Assembly (NCBI GenBank): GCA_900546055.1
Contig: URBG01000004.1
Location: 1 to 54,198, forward strand
Reading direction: 5' to 3'
Origin: an uncultured Mycoplasmatota bacterium
GTDB taxonomy: Bacteria > Bacillota_I > Bacilli_A > RF39 > UBA660
Length of the DNA: 54,198 nucleotides
Translations under genes and position numbers: made by a program
In this document: piece after piece, positions 1 through 8,628 of the stretch
Layout: each line of letters begins with the position of its first letter
Position numbering within the stretch: the stretch's first letter is position 1
The notes under the pieces: model-generated
What the model saw: the letters and a program-made list of their open reading frames with translations, nothing else
Told to the model about the DNA's origin: nothing
Database searches by the model: none

Positions 1-54
1 CCTACGACCGATCGGTTAACAGCCGATTGCTCTACCAACTGAGCTATTCAAGCC
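1..54 (-). tRNA. tRNA-Asn (anticodon GTT), 3' part cut by window edge
   Basis: Reverse complement reads GGCTTGAATAGCTCAGTTGGTAGAGCAATCGGCTGTTAACCGATCGGTCGTAGG. It has a D-arm, an ATCGG/CCGAT anticodon stem and a CTGTTAA loop. Confidence 0.85.
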
Positions 55-66
55 TATTCAATTAAA

Positions 67-140
67 TGGAGCGGGTGATGGGAATCGAACCCACGTAGTC
101 AGCTTGGAAGGCTGAAGTTCTACCATTGAACTACACCCGC
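67..140 (-). tRNA. tRNA-Gly (anticodon TCC)
   Basis: Reverse complement is GCGGGTGTAGTTCAATGGTAGAAC..CTTCCAA..GGTTCGATTCC..CACCCGCTCCA, a cloverleaf with encoded CCA. Confidence 0.9.
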
Positions 141-146
141 ATTGAA

Positions 147-235
147 TGGTGCCCAGGGCCGGAGTCGAACCGGCACGGATTTTAAGGTCCGCAGGATTTT
201 AAGTCCTGTGCGTCTACCAATTTCGCCACCTGGGC
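147..235 (-). tRNA. tRNA-Leu (anticodon TAA), long variable arm
   Basis: Reverse complement is GCCCAGGTGGCGAAATTGGTAGACGCACAGGACTTAAAATCCTG..GGTTCGACTCCGGCCCTGGGCACCA. Confidence 0.9.
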
Positions 236-248
236 TTATTCAGTTAAA

Positions 249-324
249 TGGTGACCCGCAGGCGACTCGAACGCCTGACCCTCTGATTAAAAGTCAGATG
301 CTCTACCAACTGAGCTAGCGGGTC
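249..324 (-). tRNA. tRNA-Lys (anticodon TTT)
   Basis: Reverse complement is GACCCGCTAGCTCAGTTGGTAGAGCATCTGACTTTTAATCAGAGGGTCAGGCGTTCGAGTCGCCTGCGGGTCACCA. Confidence 0.9.
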
Positions 325-332
325 ATACCTTA

Positions 333-408
333 TGGCTGGGGTAGCTGGATTCGAACCAGCGCAATGACAGAGTCAAAGTCTGTTGCCTTACCGCTTGGCT
401 ATACCCCA
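333..408 (-). tRNA. tRNA-Gln (anticodon TTG)
   Basis: Reverse complement is TGGGGTATAGCCAAGCGGTAAGGCAACAGACTTTGACTCTGTC..GGTTCGAATCCAGCTACCCCAGCCA. Confidence 0.9.
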
Positions 409-421
409 TTCATTAGATAGA

Positions 422-506
422 TGGTGGAGAGGAGTGGATTCGAACCACCGAACCAAAAGGAACTGAGTTACAGTCAGCCGCGTTTAGCCACTTCGCTACC
501 TCTCCA
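422..506 (-). tRNA. tRNA-Tyr (anticodon GTA), long variable arm
   Basis: Reverse complement is GGAGAGGTAGCGAAGTGGCTAAACGCGGCTGACTGTAACTCAGTTCC..GGTTCGAATCCACTCCTCTCCACCA. Confidence 0.9.
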
Positions 507-509
507 TCA

Positions 510-585
<76 letters not shown>

Positions 586-593
586 AAAAAAAA

Positions 594-670
594 TGGTGGG
601 CGATATAGGACTCGAACCTATGACCCCCTGCTTGTAAGGCAGGTGCTCTAACCAACTGAGCTAATCGCCC
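594..670 (-). tRNA. tRNA-Val (anticodon TAC)
   Basis: Reverse complement is GGGCGATTAGCTCAGTTGGTTAGAGCACCTGCCTTACAAGCAGGGGGTCATAGGTTCGAGTCCTATATCGCCCACCA. Confidence 0.9.
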
Positions 671-709
671 GATTACCTCTGGACGTAATTAAATATAACA
701 TTTAAACAA

Positions 710-1087
710 TTATTTGTCAATACTCTTTTCTTCTTTTTTAATACTTTTTAATTTTTCAGCTGTCCAGATAGGCAGTTTTAAAGCTAAAGTCTTAAATCCA
801 GACTTAGTTTCCACGACCTTTCTACGACGTGGTGCTCCGTTAACTTTATACTGAATATTTTTAATACTAAGCTTCAAGTGGAATTTTTCTTCATCAACTT
901 CTAACACTTCAGCATAAATATGGTCACCTACACTTAGAAAGTCACCAATACTTCTGACAAAACCACGTGATACCTCAGAAATATGAATAAGTCCAGTATA
1001 ACTTTCATCAAAAGATACAAAAGCACCATAAAGCTCAATACAAGTTACTGTGCCTCTTACAATTTTTCCTTTCTCATATTTTGCCAT
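710..1087 (-). CDS. S1 domain RNA-binding protein (general stress protein 13 / CvfD-like)
   Basis: N-terminal GxxVxGxV..YGAFV...GLIHISE S1 fold motif; RBS AGAGGTG upstream of the ATG. Confidence 0.8.
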   Translation of the reverse strand: MAKYEKGKIVRGTVTCIELYGAFVSFDESYTGLIHISEVSRGFVRSIGDFLSVGDHIYAEVLEVDEEKFHLKLSIKNIQYKVNGAPRRRKVVETKSGFKTLALKLPIWTAEKLKSIKKEEKSIDK

Positions 1088-1194
1088 ATAAACACCTCTA
1101 AATCTAAACCTATTAGTAATTATATCACAAAAATATCAAAAGAAAAACCTTTACTTTCCACCCTATCCTATTATATAATAAACTCGGTGATATA

Positions 1195-1458
1195 ATGACA
1201 AAAATTATAAATGAAGAACAAGAGAAAGAAAAAATCATTGAAATAATTGATAAATTGCGTCCATTTTTAGTTAGTGATGGAGGAAATATTGAATTCATAA
1301 AATATGAAAACAATATTGTCTATATAAAAATGTTGGGGGCCTGCGCAGGCTGCGAGCTTATCGATATTACCCTAAAAGAAGGCGTAGAATCAGCACTAAA
1401 AGAAGAAATCCCAAACATTAAAGAAGTAATTAATATAACAAACATCAACTTTGAATAA
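1195..1458 (+). CDS. NifU-like (Nfu C-terminal domain) Fe-S assembly protein
   Basis: 87 aa with LRPFLxxDGGNIEF...GACxGC motif typical of the NifU C-terminal domain. Confidence 0.8.
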   Translation: MTKIINEEQEKEKIIEIIDKLRPFLVSDGGNIEFIKYENNIVYIKMLGACAGCELIDITLKEGVESALKEEIPNIKEVINITNINFE

Positions 1459-1465
1459 TTTATAA

Positions 1466-2470
1466 CTATTCTAACCATTCAATTGGCGGAATTTGCAACA
1501 TAGACTTATAATATCTATATAAATTTTTAAGAAGTTTTTCATAATCATCGGTTAACTCGATGATTTTTTGTATTTCTTCATCTTTTTTGTTCCCACTTAT
1601 AATATCTTCATATAAATCAAAATAATACGTCGGATATAACATTCTGGCTAAAAAAAGTAAATATTCGGTCCCGTTTAAACTAGAATACATCAAAAAATAA
1701 TTAAGTTCATCCGTAATATCTTTTCCATTAAAAAAACTATTTTTAAAATATTCAGCAGCATCACGAACTTCGCTATCAATAATTAGATTCAAAGGATTAT
1801 ATAAGTCAAAAAGTGTATCATCATCCCTAATCCTTTTGTGAGCAACAACTTTAGTAACATTTTCCATAGATAAAGAATTGACCAATTGAATGCTCGTTTC
1901 CCCCAAGCCAATGAAGTAACTAAAACTATCTCGTATTAACGGATGTTTTTGCCCTAATTGACTAATTTGGTATTCTAAATGATCATTCTTATTAGACCAA
2001 AGAGTCCCCCAATCAATTCGTTCTAAAATTGAACTACTAACCGACCTTTTGCCACCTTTAGTTCTACCGCGAGAATTATTATTTGACGCTACATTATAAC
2101 CCATTTGTCCTGAACCATAGCCTTTTATATCTATAATTTCAAGATTATCTAATACACCAATCCCAACAAACGCTATCATTTTATTAAAATCTATTGCCCC
2201 TTCATAATATGTTATTTGCATCAAAACATAAGGAACACCATTAATAAGTGTAACAATTTGTTTGTCTTTGTTTAAAATAATTTGGTGAACATATATTCCA
2301 TTTCTAAGCAAATTAAGATGTAAATTATAAATTTCCTGTAAAGCATTAACATCACCAGAATACGTAACAAGCGCATAACGAACTCCACCATAATCAAAAT
2401 AATACATCTTGCCATTTTGATGAATATCATCAATAATTAAGTTGTAATAATAATTAATCGCATTTTTCAT
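1466..2470 (-). CDS. CotS/YutH-family spore coat kinase-like protein
   Basis: About 330 aa with an N-terminal pattern and size like CotS/YutH phosphotransferase-fold coat proteins. I place the start at the ATG at 2470, behind RBS GGGGTGA, rather than the GTG at 2479 in the ORF track. Confidence 0.55.
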   Translation of the reverse strand: MKNAINYYYNLIIDDIHQNGKMYYFDYGGVRYALVTYSGDVNALQEIYNLHLNLLRNGIYVHQIILNKDKQIVTLINGVPYVLMQITYYEGAIDFNKMIAFVGIGVLDNLEIIDIKGYGSGQMGYNVASNNNSRGRTKGGKRSVSSSILERIDWGTLWSNKNDHLEYQISQLGQKHPLIRDSFSYFIGLGETSIQLVNSLSMENVTKVVAHKRIRDDDTLFDLYNPLNLIIDSEVRDAAEYFKNSFFNGKDITDELNYFLMYSSLNGTEYLLFLARMLYPTYYFDLYEDIISGNKKDEEIQKIIELTDDYEKLLKNLYRYYKSMLQIPPIEWLE

Positions 2471-2634
2471 GATATTCACCCCATTTAATTTTATGATAAT
2501 AGATAAATTGAAATGCCAAAAAGAATTAATAAATAAAACTTAATATTATTTTCTTCAACATCTGGGTATTTACTTTACACCCTTTTGCACATTTAGAATA
2601 TGTTATATTGAGAATAAATGAAGGGGTGGATTAT

Positions 2635-3081
2635 ATGTGTAACAATAATAACAATTCAAACGAATGCAGATGTATTTCTGAAATTCTAACAGTTATCAAC
2701 ATATTACAAGACAACGCTGAATGCGCTGAATCATGTTTAGATACCTGCGACCGTGGTTTCCTAGGTTGTTCAGTATCAACAGTAGGTTGTAACACTAGAC
2801 CAATAATGTTATATACCTGCTGTGGTAATGGAACACCATGGGCTATGCCTACAACTAAAGAAAATGTTACTTGTGGAACCGCAGGTGTTACATGCTCAAG
2901 TGTATTTAGAGTTGAAAAAGTAGATGGATGCTGCGCTACTTTCCGTGTTCTAGCTGCTAACCCAGATACAACTGAAGCAGATACAATACCTTATGTAGCT
3001 ACTAACAGTTTCTTTACAATGAACTTAAACTGCGTATGCTCATTAAGATGTTTACAAGACACATTCGTTGAATGCGTATAA
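2635..3081 (+). CDS. CotY/CotZ-family cysteine-rich spore coat / exosporium protein
   Basis: Cys-rich. VFRVEKVDGCCATFRVL and NLNCVCSLRCL match my recollection of the B. subtilis CotZ blocks FFRVERVHGSCATLSLL and CFCAINCL. RBS GAAGGGGTGG lies before the ATG at 2635; the ORF-track TTG start at 2608 is less likely. Confidence 0.8.
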   Translation: MCNNNNNSNECRCISEILTVINILQDNAECAESCLDTCDRGFLGCSVSTVGCNTRPIMLYTCCGNGTPWAMPTTKENVTCGTAGVTCSSVFRVEKVDGCCATFRVLAANPDTTEADTIPYVATNSFFTMNLNCVCSLRCLQDTFVECV

Positions 3082-3085
3082 AAAT

Positions 3086-3109
3086 AAGGCCTTAAAAAGC
3101 CTTTTTTTA
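3086..3109 (+). terminator. weak rho-independent terminator after the cotZ-like gene
   Basis: AAGGC-N8-GCCTT stem followed by T7, between convergent genes. Confidence 0.45.
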
Positions 3110-3120
3110 TTTGTAATAAA

Positions 3121-3495
3121 TTACTTACGTTTTATATCAATAACATCAGAAATTGGAATTAACTCGTTTTCAATCGTAATCAAATGCGTTGAATTTCTAC
3201 CAACAATACGTTTAACTACAGTGCCACTTTTCAGTGTAAGTTCAACATCAGCTTTATAAATATAGTTAGAAGAATTAAATACCTCATTTATTTTTTGATT
3301 AATATTTTTATTAACCACTTTACCAGAGCCTAAGTCAGATATCCCTGAAGTCCTACCATTATTAGCTACATTAAACGTTCTATCGTCAGCATTAAGTAGC
3401 CCCATATCTTCTTTACTCGAATCAAAAACCGATTTATTATTTCCAACTTTTCTTGGAACCTTGTTTGCAAATACACCTGGTATTTTCTTTTCCAT
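3121..3495 (-). CDS. hypothetical protein, possibly spore-associated by neighbourhood
   Basis: Clean 124-aa ORF convergent with the cotZ-like gene. No family recognised with confidence. Confidence 0.5.
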   Translation of the reverse strand: MEKKIPGVFANKVPRKVGNNKSVFDSSKEDMGLLNADDRTFNVANNGRTSGISDLGSGKVVNKNINQKINEVFNSSNYIYKADVELTLKSGTVVKRIVGRNSTHLITIENELIPISDVIDIKRK

Positions 3496-3528
3496 CTTAT
3501 CACCTCTATATAATATTATGCGTTTATT

Positions 3529-4362
3529 CTAATCACTTGCTAATAAATCATTTATTTTAATCGTAATTTTATAGCCCAAAAACAAACCAGCAATGCCAAG
3601 TAAAAATAGCAAAATAGTGAATCCATTGGCAGCCCCACTAAATACACCTGTAAAAGATTCCTTAAACATTATAATCAAAGATGCCGCCATAAAACCAAAA
3701 ATAGCAAAATACGTCTCCACCTTATAATGCTTAAGTAAATATGTAATTAACTTAGCTATAATAATAACCCCCACCAAAATACCAATGGCAAAGGCAATAC
3801 CAAATTTAAAATATACCGGATTAAAAACATTACTGAAAAAGTCTAAAAGCATGTCATAACACCCTAAAGACATATAAATAGCCGTTCCACTTATACCCGG
3901 TACTATAGAAGAAAAAGCCTCGAGCAAACCAAGTCCAAAATAAATAAAAATATTGCCAGAATCAAGTGTGTCAAGTGTTCCCAAAGATCCCAAACTGTAA
4001 GAAAATGTCAATGCCAAACAGAAAATTATTATTCTTCTAAGGACAAACCTCTCGCCCCGTATTTCTCGCCATATTTCGGGAAGACCACCAATTATTAAGC
4101 CGATAAAAAGTAACATAGTCGGAAAATAAAATTCATCCAAAAGCCACTTTACACCCCGGCTGAACAGACTTACCCCAACTAAAGCACCAAGCGCTAGCCA
4201 TAAAATAAAGCAAAATTTACGCCAAGTAATATTCCGAAAATCAGCAATAATTCCAAGCACCCGCTCATAAACACCTAATGATATTGCAAGTAAACTTCCA
4301 CTAACCCCAGGAATAATTTTGGCAATTCCAATAATAAAACCTTTTAAAATATTTTTCTTCAT
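3529..4362 (-). CDS. DUF368 family membrane protein (undecaprenyl-phosphate translocase-type)
   Basis: Polytopic, with duplicated IPGVSGS / VPGISGT motifs typical of DUF368. Start is ambiguous: ATG at 4362 or TTG at 4386. Confidence 0.75.
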   Translation of the reverse strand: MKKNILKGFIIGIAKIIPGVSGSLLAISLGVYERVLGIIADFRNITWRKFCFILWLALGALVGVSLFSRGVKWLLDEFYFPTMLLFIGLIIGGLPEIWREIRGERFVLRRIIIFCLALTFSYSLGSLGTLDTLDSGNIFIYFGLGLLEAFSSIVPGISGTAIYMSLGCYDMLLDFFSNVFNPVYFKFGIAFAIGILVGVIIIAKLITYLLKHYKVETYFAIFGFMAASLIIMFKESFTGVFSGAANGFTILLFLLGIAGLFLGYKITIKINDLLASD

Positions 4363-4409
4363 ATTAAAATATACCCAAATAGCCAAAAAAAAATGATTAA
4401 TATTAAATA

Positions 4410-5429
4410 CTAATCATTTTCAAAATAATCAATTTTTATAGCTTGTTTTACCTGTTTCATAACCTGAATAGATTTCTCGCGAGCTTCCTTTGTTCCTTTG
4501 ATAAGAATTTCATCAACGATTTCTGGGTGGGCTTCATAGTAAGCTCTTTTTTCATGAATTGGTTTTAAAAAATCTAACATATTAGCTACCAATTCTTTCT
4601 TACAACCAACACATCCTCGCTTACCGCTCTTACATTCTTTACATATATTTTCTAAATTATCACTTCCAATTAATTTGTGATAATAATAAACCATACAAAC
4701 ATCTGGGTTAGCCGGATCGTCCTTATGAATTTTATCAGGGTCAGTTACTGCACCCATAATTTTCTTCTTAATAGTTTCCTCACCATCAGCAAGGAAAATA
4801 CCATTACCTAGACTTTTTCCCATCTTTTCCCCGCCATCAAGACCTTTAATACGCGGAGTCTCTGATAATAAAGGCTCTGGCTCACATAACGTATCTCCAT
4901 AGATAGAATTAAATTTGCGAACTATTTCGCGGCATTGTTCAATTAAAGGCAATTGATCCTCACCAACTGGAATAAGCTGGCCATCAAAGGCCGTAATATC
5001 AGCAGCCTGTGAAACAGGATAACCTACAAAACCATAGGTTACACTTTCACCGTCATGCCCAAATAAAGCCTTTTTCTGAGTAATTTCTGTCTTCACAGTA
5101 GGATTACGATATAATCTTGCCATTGTTACCAAATTTGAATAAAGTACTGTTAATTCAGCAATTTCTGGTATCTTTGATTGAATAAACAAATGAACCTTTT
5201 CTGGATCGATGCCAATAGAAAGCATATCAATCGTTATTTCACGAACATTAATTCTCACTTTCTCCGGATTATCAAAATTATCAGTTAAAGCCTGAATATC
5301 CGCTATTTCCAAATAAAAATCATAATTTGAATTATCTTGAAGTTTTAGCCAGTTTTGACAAGCTCCAAAATAATGTCCAAAATGTAAATTACCTGTTGGC
5401 CTAATGCCCGTTAAAACTGTCTTTTTCAT
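4410..5429 (-). CDS. trpS: tryptophan--tRNA ligase
   Basis: Class I aaRS HIGH-type motif (TGNLHFGHY) and KMSKS-type motif (KMGKS). 339 aa with TrpRS-like overall pattern; RBS GAAGGTGA. Confidence 0.9.
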   Translation of the reverse strand: MKKTVLTGIRPTGNLHFGHYFGACQNWLKLQDNSNYDFYLEIADIQALTDNFDNPEKVRINVREITIDMLSIGIDPEKVHLFIQSKIPEIAELTVLYSNLVTMARLYRNPTVKTEITQKKALFGHDGESVTYGFVGYPVSQAADITAFDGQLIPVGEDQLPLIEQCREIVRKFNSIYGDTLCEPEPLLSETPRIKGLDGGEKMGKSLGNGIFLADGEETIKKKIMGAVTDPDKIHKDDPANPDVCMVYYYHKLIGSDNLENICKECKSGKRGCVGCKKELVANMLDFLKPIHEKRAYYEAHPEIVDEILIKGTKEAREKSIQVMKQVKQAIKIDYFEND

Positions 5430-5472
5430 TCATATCACCTTCTAAAATTATAACACACATAGCAAATAAATA

Positions 5473-5514
5473 ACAAGAAAATACCTAAAAACACTATATT
5501 ACATATGTTTTAGG
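5473..5514 (-). terminator. rho-independent terminator after the patatin gene
   Basis: Minus sense CCTAAAAC..loop..GTTTTTAGG followed by a T-rich tract. Confidence 0.55.
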
Positions 5515-5543
5515 CATTCACCTTATACAAGCACAAAACCAAA

Positions 5544-6800
5544 TTAATAAGAATTACGCCTTCCCTTGATTACATAAATATATAAAGCAATTAAAAATTC
5601 ATCAGAAAATATTGGTAAAAACTTAAAAGTTCCCTCTAAACTATTATTAATAATCGCATCATAAAAGAATCTTACGATTTGTCTAGTATCAATAATTTTC
5701 TTAAATTCATTCTTCTTAATTTTTGATACTATAACTTCGCGGCTTATCGGTAACATTTCAGAAAGCTCATTAAACAACCCTTTATTATAAGTTCTAATAT
5801 TATAAACAACATCCTCTTGAAAGCCAAAACAAGCTCCGGCTTTTTCAACTAACTTATTAAAGTTACGATAAGACAACTTGTTCTCCACAATAGTTTGAAA
5901 AATTGTAGATTGAGCTATTTTCCCAAGCATACCACCTTCTAAATTTGAAATGATTTTATGCACTTCGTTTTCAAAAGTCTCCGCATATTTATTGTAATTA
6001 CGAACCAAATTTCCTTTTTTGAAAGTAAATCTATCACCGTCAAGCTTTCCATAAGTCTTCATAGTATCATTATAACCAAAGCGTAATGCCTCGCGCGATT
6101 TCATCTTATCAAAAACTAAAAAAGAAACAATCTTATTACGCGGTGTAATAACCGTTATTGGAATATCCTTTTTGGGTTCACGTTTAAAACCAACAGCCTT
6201 TAAATCAACCGCAACAACCTCTTCAGCACCTAAATCAATTGCTAAATTAATTGGCAAATTATCATAATAGCCACCGTCAATATATATTTCATCGCCAATT
6301 TTATATGGTTTAAATGCCGGATAACAAGAAGCGGAAGCCACCACATAGTCTTTAACAGTTTCTGGCTTTAAATCCTTTTTTGTCATCATTACAGGCTTAT
6401 TCTGAGAGTAATTATATGTAACTAATCCATAATCAATTGGTGAATCAAAGAAATTGCGCGGCTCATATAATTGATCAAATATTGCCATCAGCTTAGTAAC
6501 ATCCATTCCACCTTCTGAAATAAAAGATTTAACATATTGGCTATATATTTCTGCTATATCAGGATTTTCACATACATGAAAAGATTCTTCATCATAAACA
6601 GTCGAAAAAGACATATTCTTCCAAAGCTTAGCTGCCTTGTATAAATCGCCTTGAACTATTAACAAACCATTAACCGCTCCAATTGATGTTCCCGTTACTA
6701 TTTCTGGCCTTTTTCCAAGTTTCCTAAGTGCTCTATAAACACCGATTTGATAAGCTCCTTTAGAACCACCACCAGATAAAACTAATCCAAGCTTTGTCAT
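5544..6800 (-). CDS. patatin-like phospholipase
   Basis: GLVLSGGGSKGAYQIGV oxyanion motif, GTSIGA (GxSxG) nucleophile and DGG catalytic Asp motif; RBS AAGGAGGG. Confidence 0.85.
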   Translation of the reverse strand: MTKLGLVLSGGGSKGAYQIGVYRALRKLGKRPEIVTGTSIGAVNGLLIVQGDLYKAAKLWKNMSFSTVYDEESFHVCENPDIAEIYSQYVKSFISEGGMDVTKLMAIFDQLYEPRNFFDSPIDYGLVTYNYSQNKPVMMTKKDLKPETVKDYVVASASCYPAFKPYKIGDEIYIDGGYYDNLPINLAIDLGAEEVVAVDLKAVGFKREPKKDIPITVITPRNKIVSFLVFDKMKSREALRFGYNDTMKTYGKLDGDRFTFKKGNLVRNYNKYAETFENEVHKIISNLEGGMLGKIAQSTIFQTIVENKLSYRNFNKLVEKAGACFGFQEDVVYNIRTYNKGLFNELSEMLPISREVIVSKIKKNEFKKIIDTRQIVRFFYDAIINNSLEGTFKFLPIFSDEFLIALYIYVIKGRRNSY

Positions 6801-6812
6801 TATGTCCCTCCT

Positions 6813-8042
6813 TTATTTTATATAAGCGCCAAAGGAAATATCTGTATTAAACTCAAGTTCTGAATTTTCAATTACCTTGCGCACCCCATTTGAACTATAA
6901 TAGTACAATGTCATACCATTTTTAAAATAAATATAATCATTTAAATATATAACACTTTGTAAATCAGTAGTTGTAAATAAATATGTTTTCATTTTTGGAT
7001 TTTGAATATCTGCACGATAAACTAAATATTTATCGCCCTCTTTTTTATAAAGATAATAATATCCCTCATCCTTACCAATTTTATTAACTCTATCATAACC
7101 GTCAATATCTGAACTATAATAATTATCAAACAATTTGCCATCCAGTGCCTCATTTAAAGTCATCGTCGTCCATTTGCCATTATAATATTTTATGCCATCT
7201 TTACTCGCAACTTTCTGAACATTTTCATACTTTAAACTAATTTTGTACTGAGTTTCAGCATCTTTGTCGAAAATATAAACATCGTCACCAACTACACCCT
7301 CTATTACTGAATCAAAAGAAATTTCATTATAACTACGAATTTCCTTAACATTCCCATTAATTAAATTAACTACGAAAAATTTCTTAAATGTATATTCTTC
7401 ATTATAGTCTGCAACAATATAATATTTATCAGTAAAAATACTAACCGGCTTCTTATAAACATCATTATCAAATAATTTCACCGTTTTAACAGAACTATTC
7501 ACCAAAGTAAGGCCTCTATAAGATTCCATAGCCAAATAATGATTCTCAATTAAGTTTTTCTCGTAAAGTGTCTGCGTATTTGATAATCTTTTAGCTGTGG
7601 TTTTATCCTTATAGTCATCTTTATTATATCCATCTTTCTTTAAAGACGAAGCAAACTTATCTACTTTCTCATTGTCTAAGTCATGATAATAAGTAATATT
7701 CCCATCCTTAACACACATTATATCAGTTAAAATGTCACCACCTTTAAAAATAGGTAAAATGCATTTATATTCGCCAGCATCATAATACCTGATCTTACTA
7801 ATTACCTTTTCGCTTTTATTATAATCTTTAAATACTTGGAAATTCATCTTAAATTTTTCGTGACTAATTTTAAAATAATAGTTATCAGTCTTGTCCAAAC
7901 TATCTACTTTTAAAGTTTCATCAATACTAAAATTTCCGATTGAATAATCAGCATGATGGCCTTTATCAAAAATATGAATCACTAATTTTAAGGAGAATAA
8001 TAAGACTAGTAATATTAACAAAGTCTTAAGTAAATACTTCAT
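6813..8042 (-). CDS. hypothetical membrane-anchored extracytoplasmic protein
   Basis: N-terminal TM helix followed by a Tyr/Asp/Lys-rich, beta-rich domain; RBS AGGAGG. No family recognised. Confidence 0.6.
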   Translation of the reverse strand: MKYLLKTLLILLVLLFSLKLVIHIFDKGHHADYSIGNFSIDETLKVDSLDKTDNYYFKISHEKFKMNFQVFKDYNKSEKVISKIRYYDAGEYKCILPIFKGGDILTDIMCVKDGNITYYHDLDNEKVDKFASSLKKDGYNKDDYKDKTTAKRLSNTQTLYEKNLIENHYLAMESYRGLTLVNSSVKTVKLFDNDVYKKPVSIFTDKYYIVADYNEEYTFKKFFVVNLINGNVKEIRSYNEISFDSVIEGVVGDDVYIFDKDAETQYKISLKYENVQKVASKDGIKYYNGKWTTMTLNEALDGKLFDNYYSSDIDGYDRVNKIGKDEGYYYLYKKEGDKYLVYRADIQNPKMKTYLFTTTDLQSVIYLNDYIYFKNGMTLYYYSSNGVRKVIENSELEFNTDISFGAYIK

Positions 8043-8091
8043 ACTACTACCTCCTATATAAATTATATATAATTATAGGTCTTATTTCAAG

Positions 8092-8126
8092 AAAAAAAGG
8101 TGAAATAGTCAAGACTATTTTTCACC
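8092..8126 (-). terminator. rho-independent terminator
   Basis: GGTGAAA...TTTCACC stem with an inner TAGTC/GACTA extension and a T7 run in minus sense. Overlaps the last codons of the PH-domain gene. Confidence 0.7.
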
Positions 8127-8621
8127 TTCCTTAGACATCTTCTCAAGTTCACTATGTAATTGGGCTCTTTCCTCTTCAGATACTTCAGTTTCATAATCAC
8201 GTTTTTTCTGCATCATGTACTTAGAAAGCACTGTCTCGATTTCCTGTAAAGCACTACGAGATAAATTAGAAAGAACAACGGTTTCTTTAACTGTATCTAT
8301 AATAGCTCTTCCCCAAACAAGTCCCATTTTAATTGTGAAATCATTAAACATATCTGGTGTAATACTATAATAGAAATAACCAAAAATTAACCTCTTTTGC
8401 GCTACTACTAAACGTTTATTAGTTACAACAACAACGTGTGTACTAATCATATCCCAAGCACTAGCACCCTTTTGGGCTGCAAATGCATATAATACTTCTT
8501 CGTCGTTGTTAATGTGCTTTTGCGCAATCTTACAATGAGCACGTAACCTCCAAGCAATTGTACCTGGATTACGACTAATAAAGTCCTTAGCTTTAGTATA
8601 AACAATACTATTCTGTGTCAT
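8115..8621 (-). CDS. bacterial PH-domain-containing protein
   Basis: 168 aa. The EEVLYAF...VVVTNKRLVV pattern is typical of bPH/YokE-like domains. It lies 7 nt downstream of secA. Confidence 0.55.
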   Translation of the reverse strand: MTQNSIVYTKAKDFISRNPGTIAWRLRAHCKIAQKHINNDEEVLYAFAAQKGASAWDMISTHVVVVTNKRLVVAQKRLIFGYFYYSITPDMFNDFTIKMGLVWGRAIIDTVKETVVLSNLSRSALQEIETVLSKYMMQKKRDYETEVSEEERAQLHSELEKMSKEGEK

Positions 8622-8628
8622 AAGTTAC

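Noticed and set aside
5430-5543. T-box leader upstream of trpS
   Set aside because: Only about 114 nt separate trpS from the upstream gene, and most of it is a terminator plus promoter-like sequence. I saw no T-box consensus or specifier-loop architecture.
5544-6800. Patatin-like phospholipase as a CBASS (CapV-type) effector
   Set aside because: No cyclic-oligonucleotide synthase, Cap2/Cap3 or other defence genes are adjacent. The neighbours are trpS and an unrelated membrane-anchored protein.
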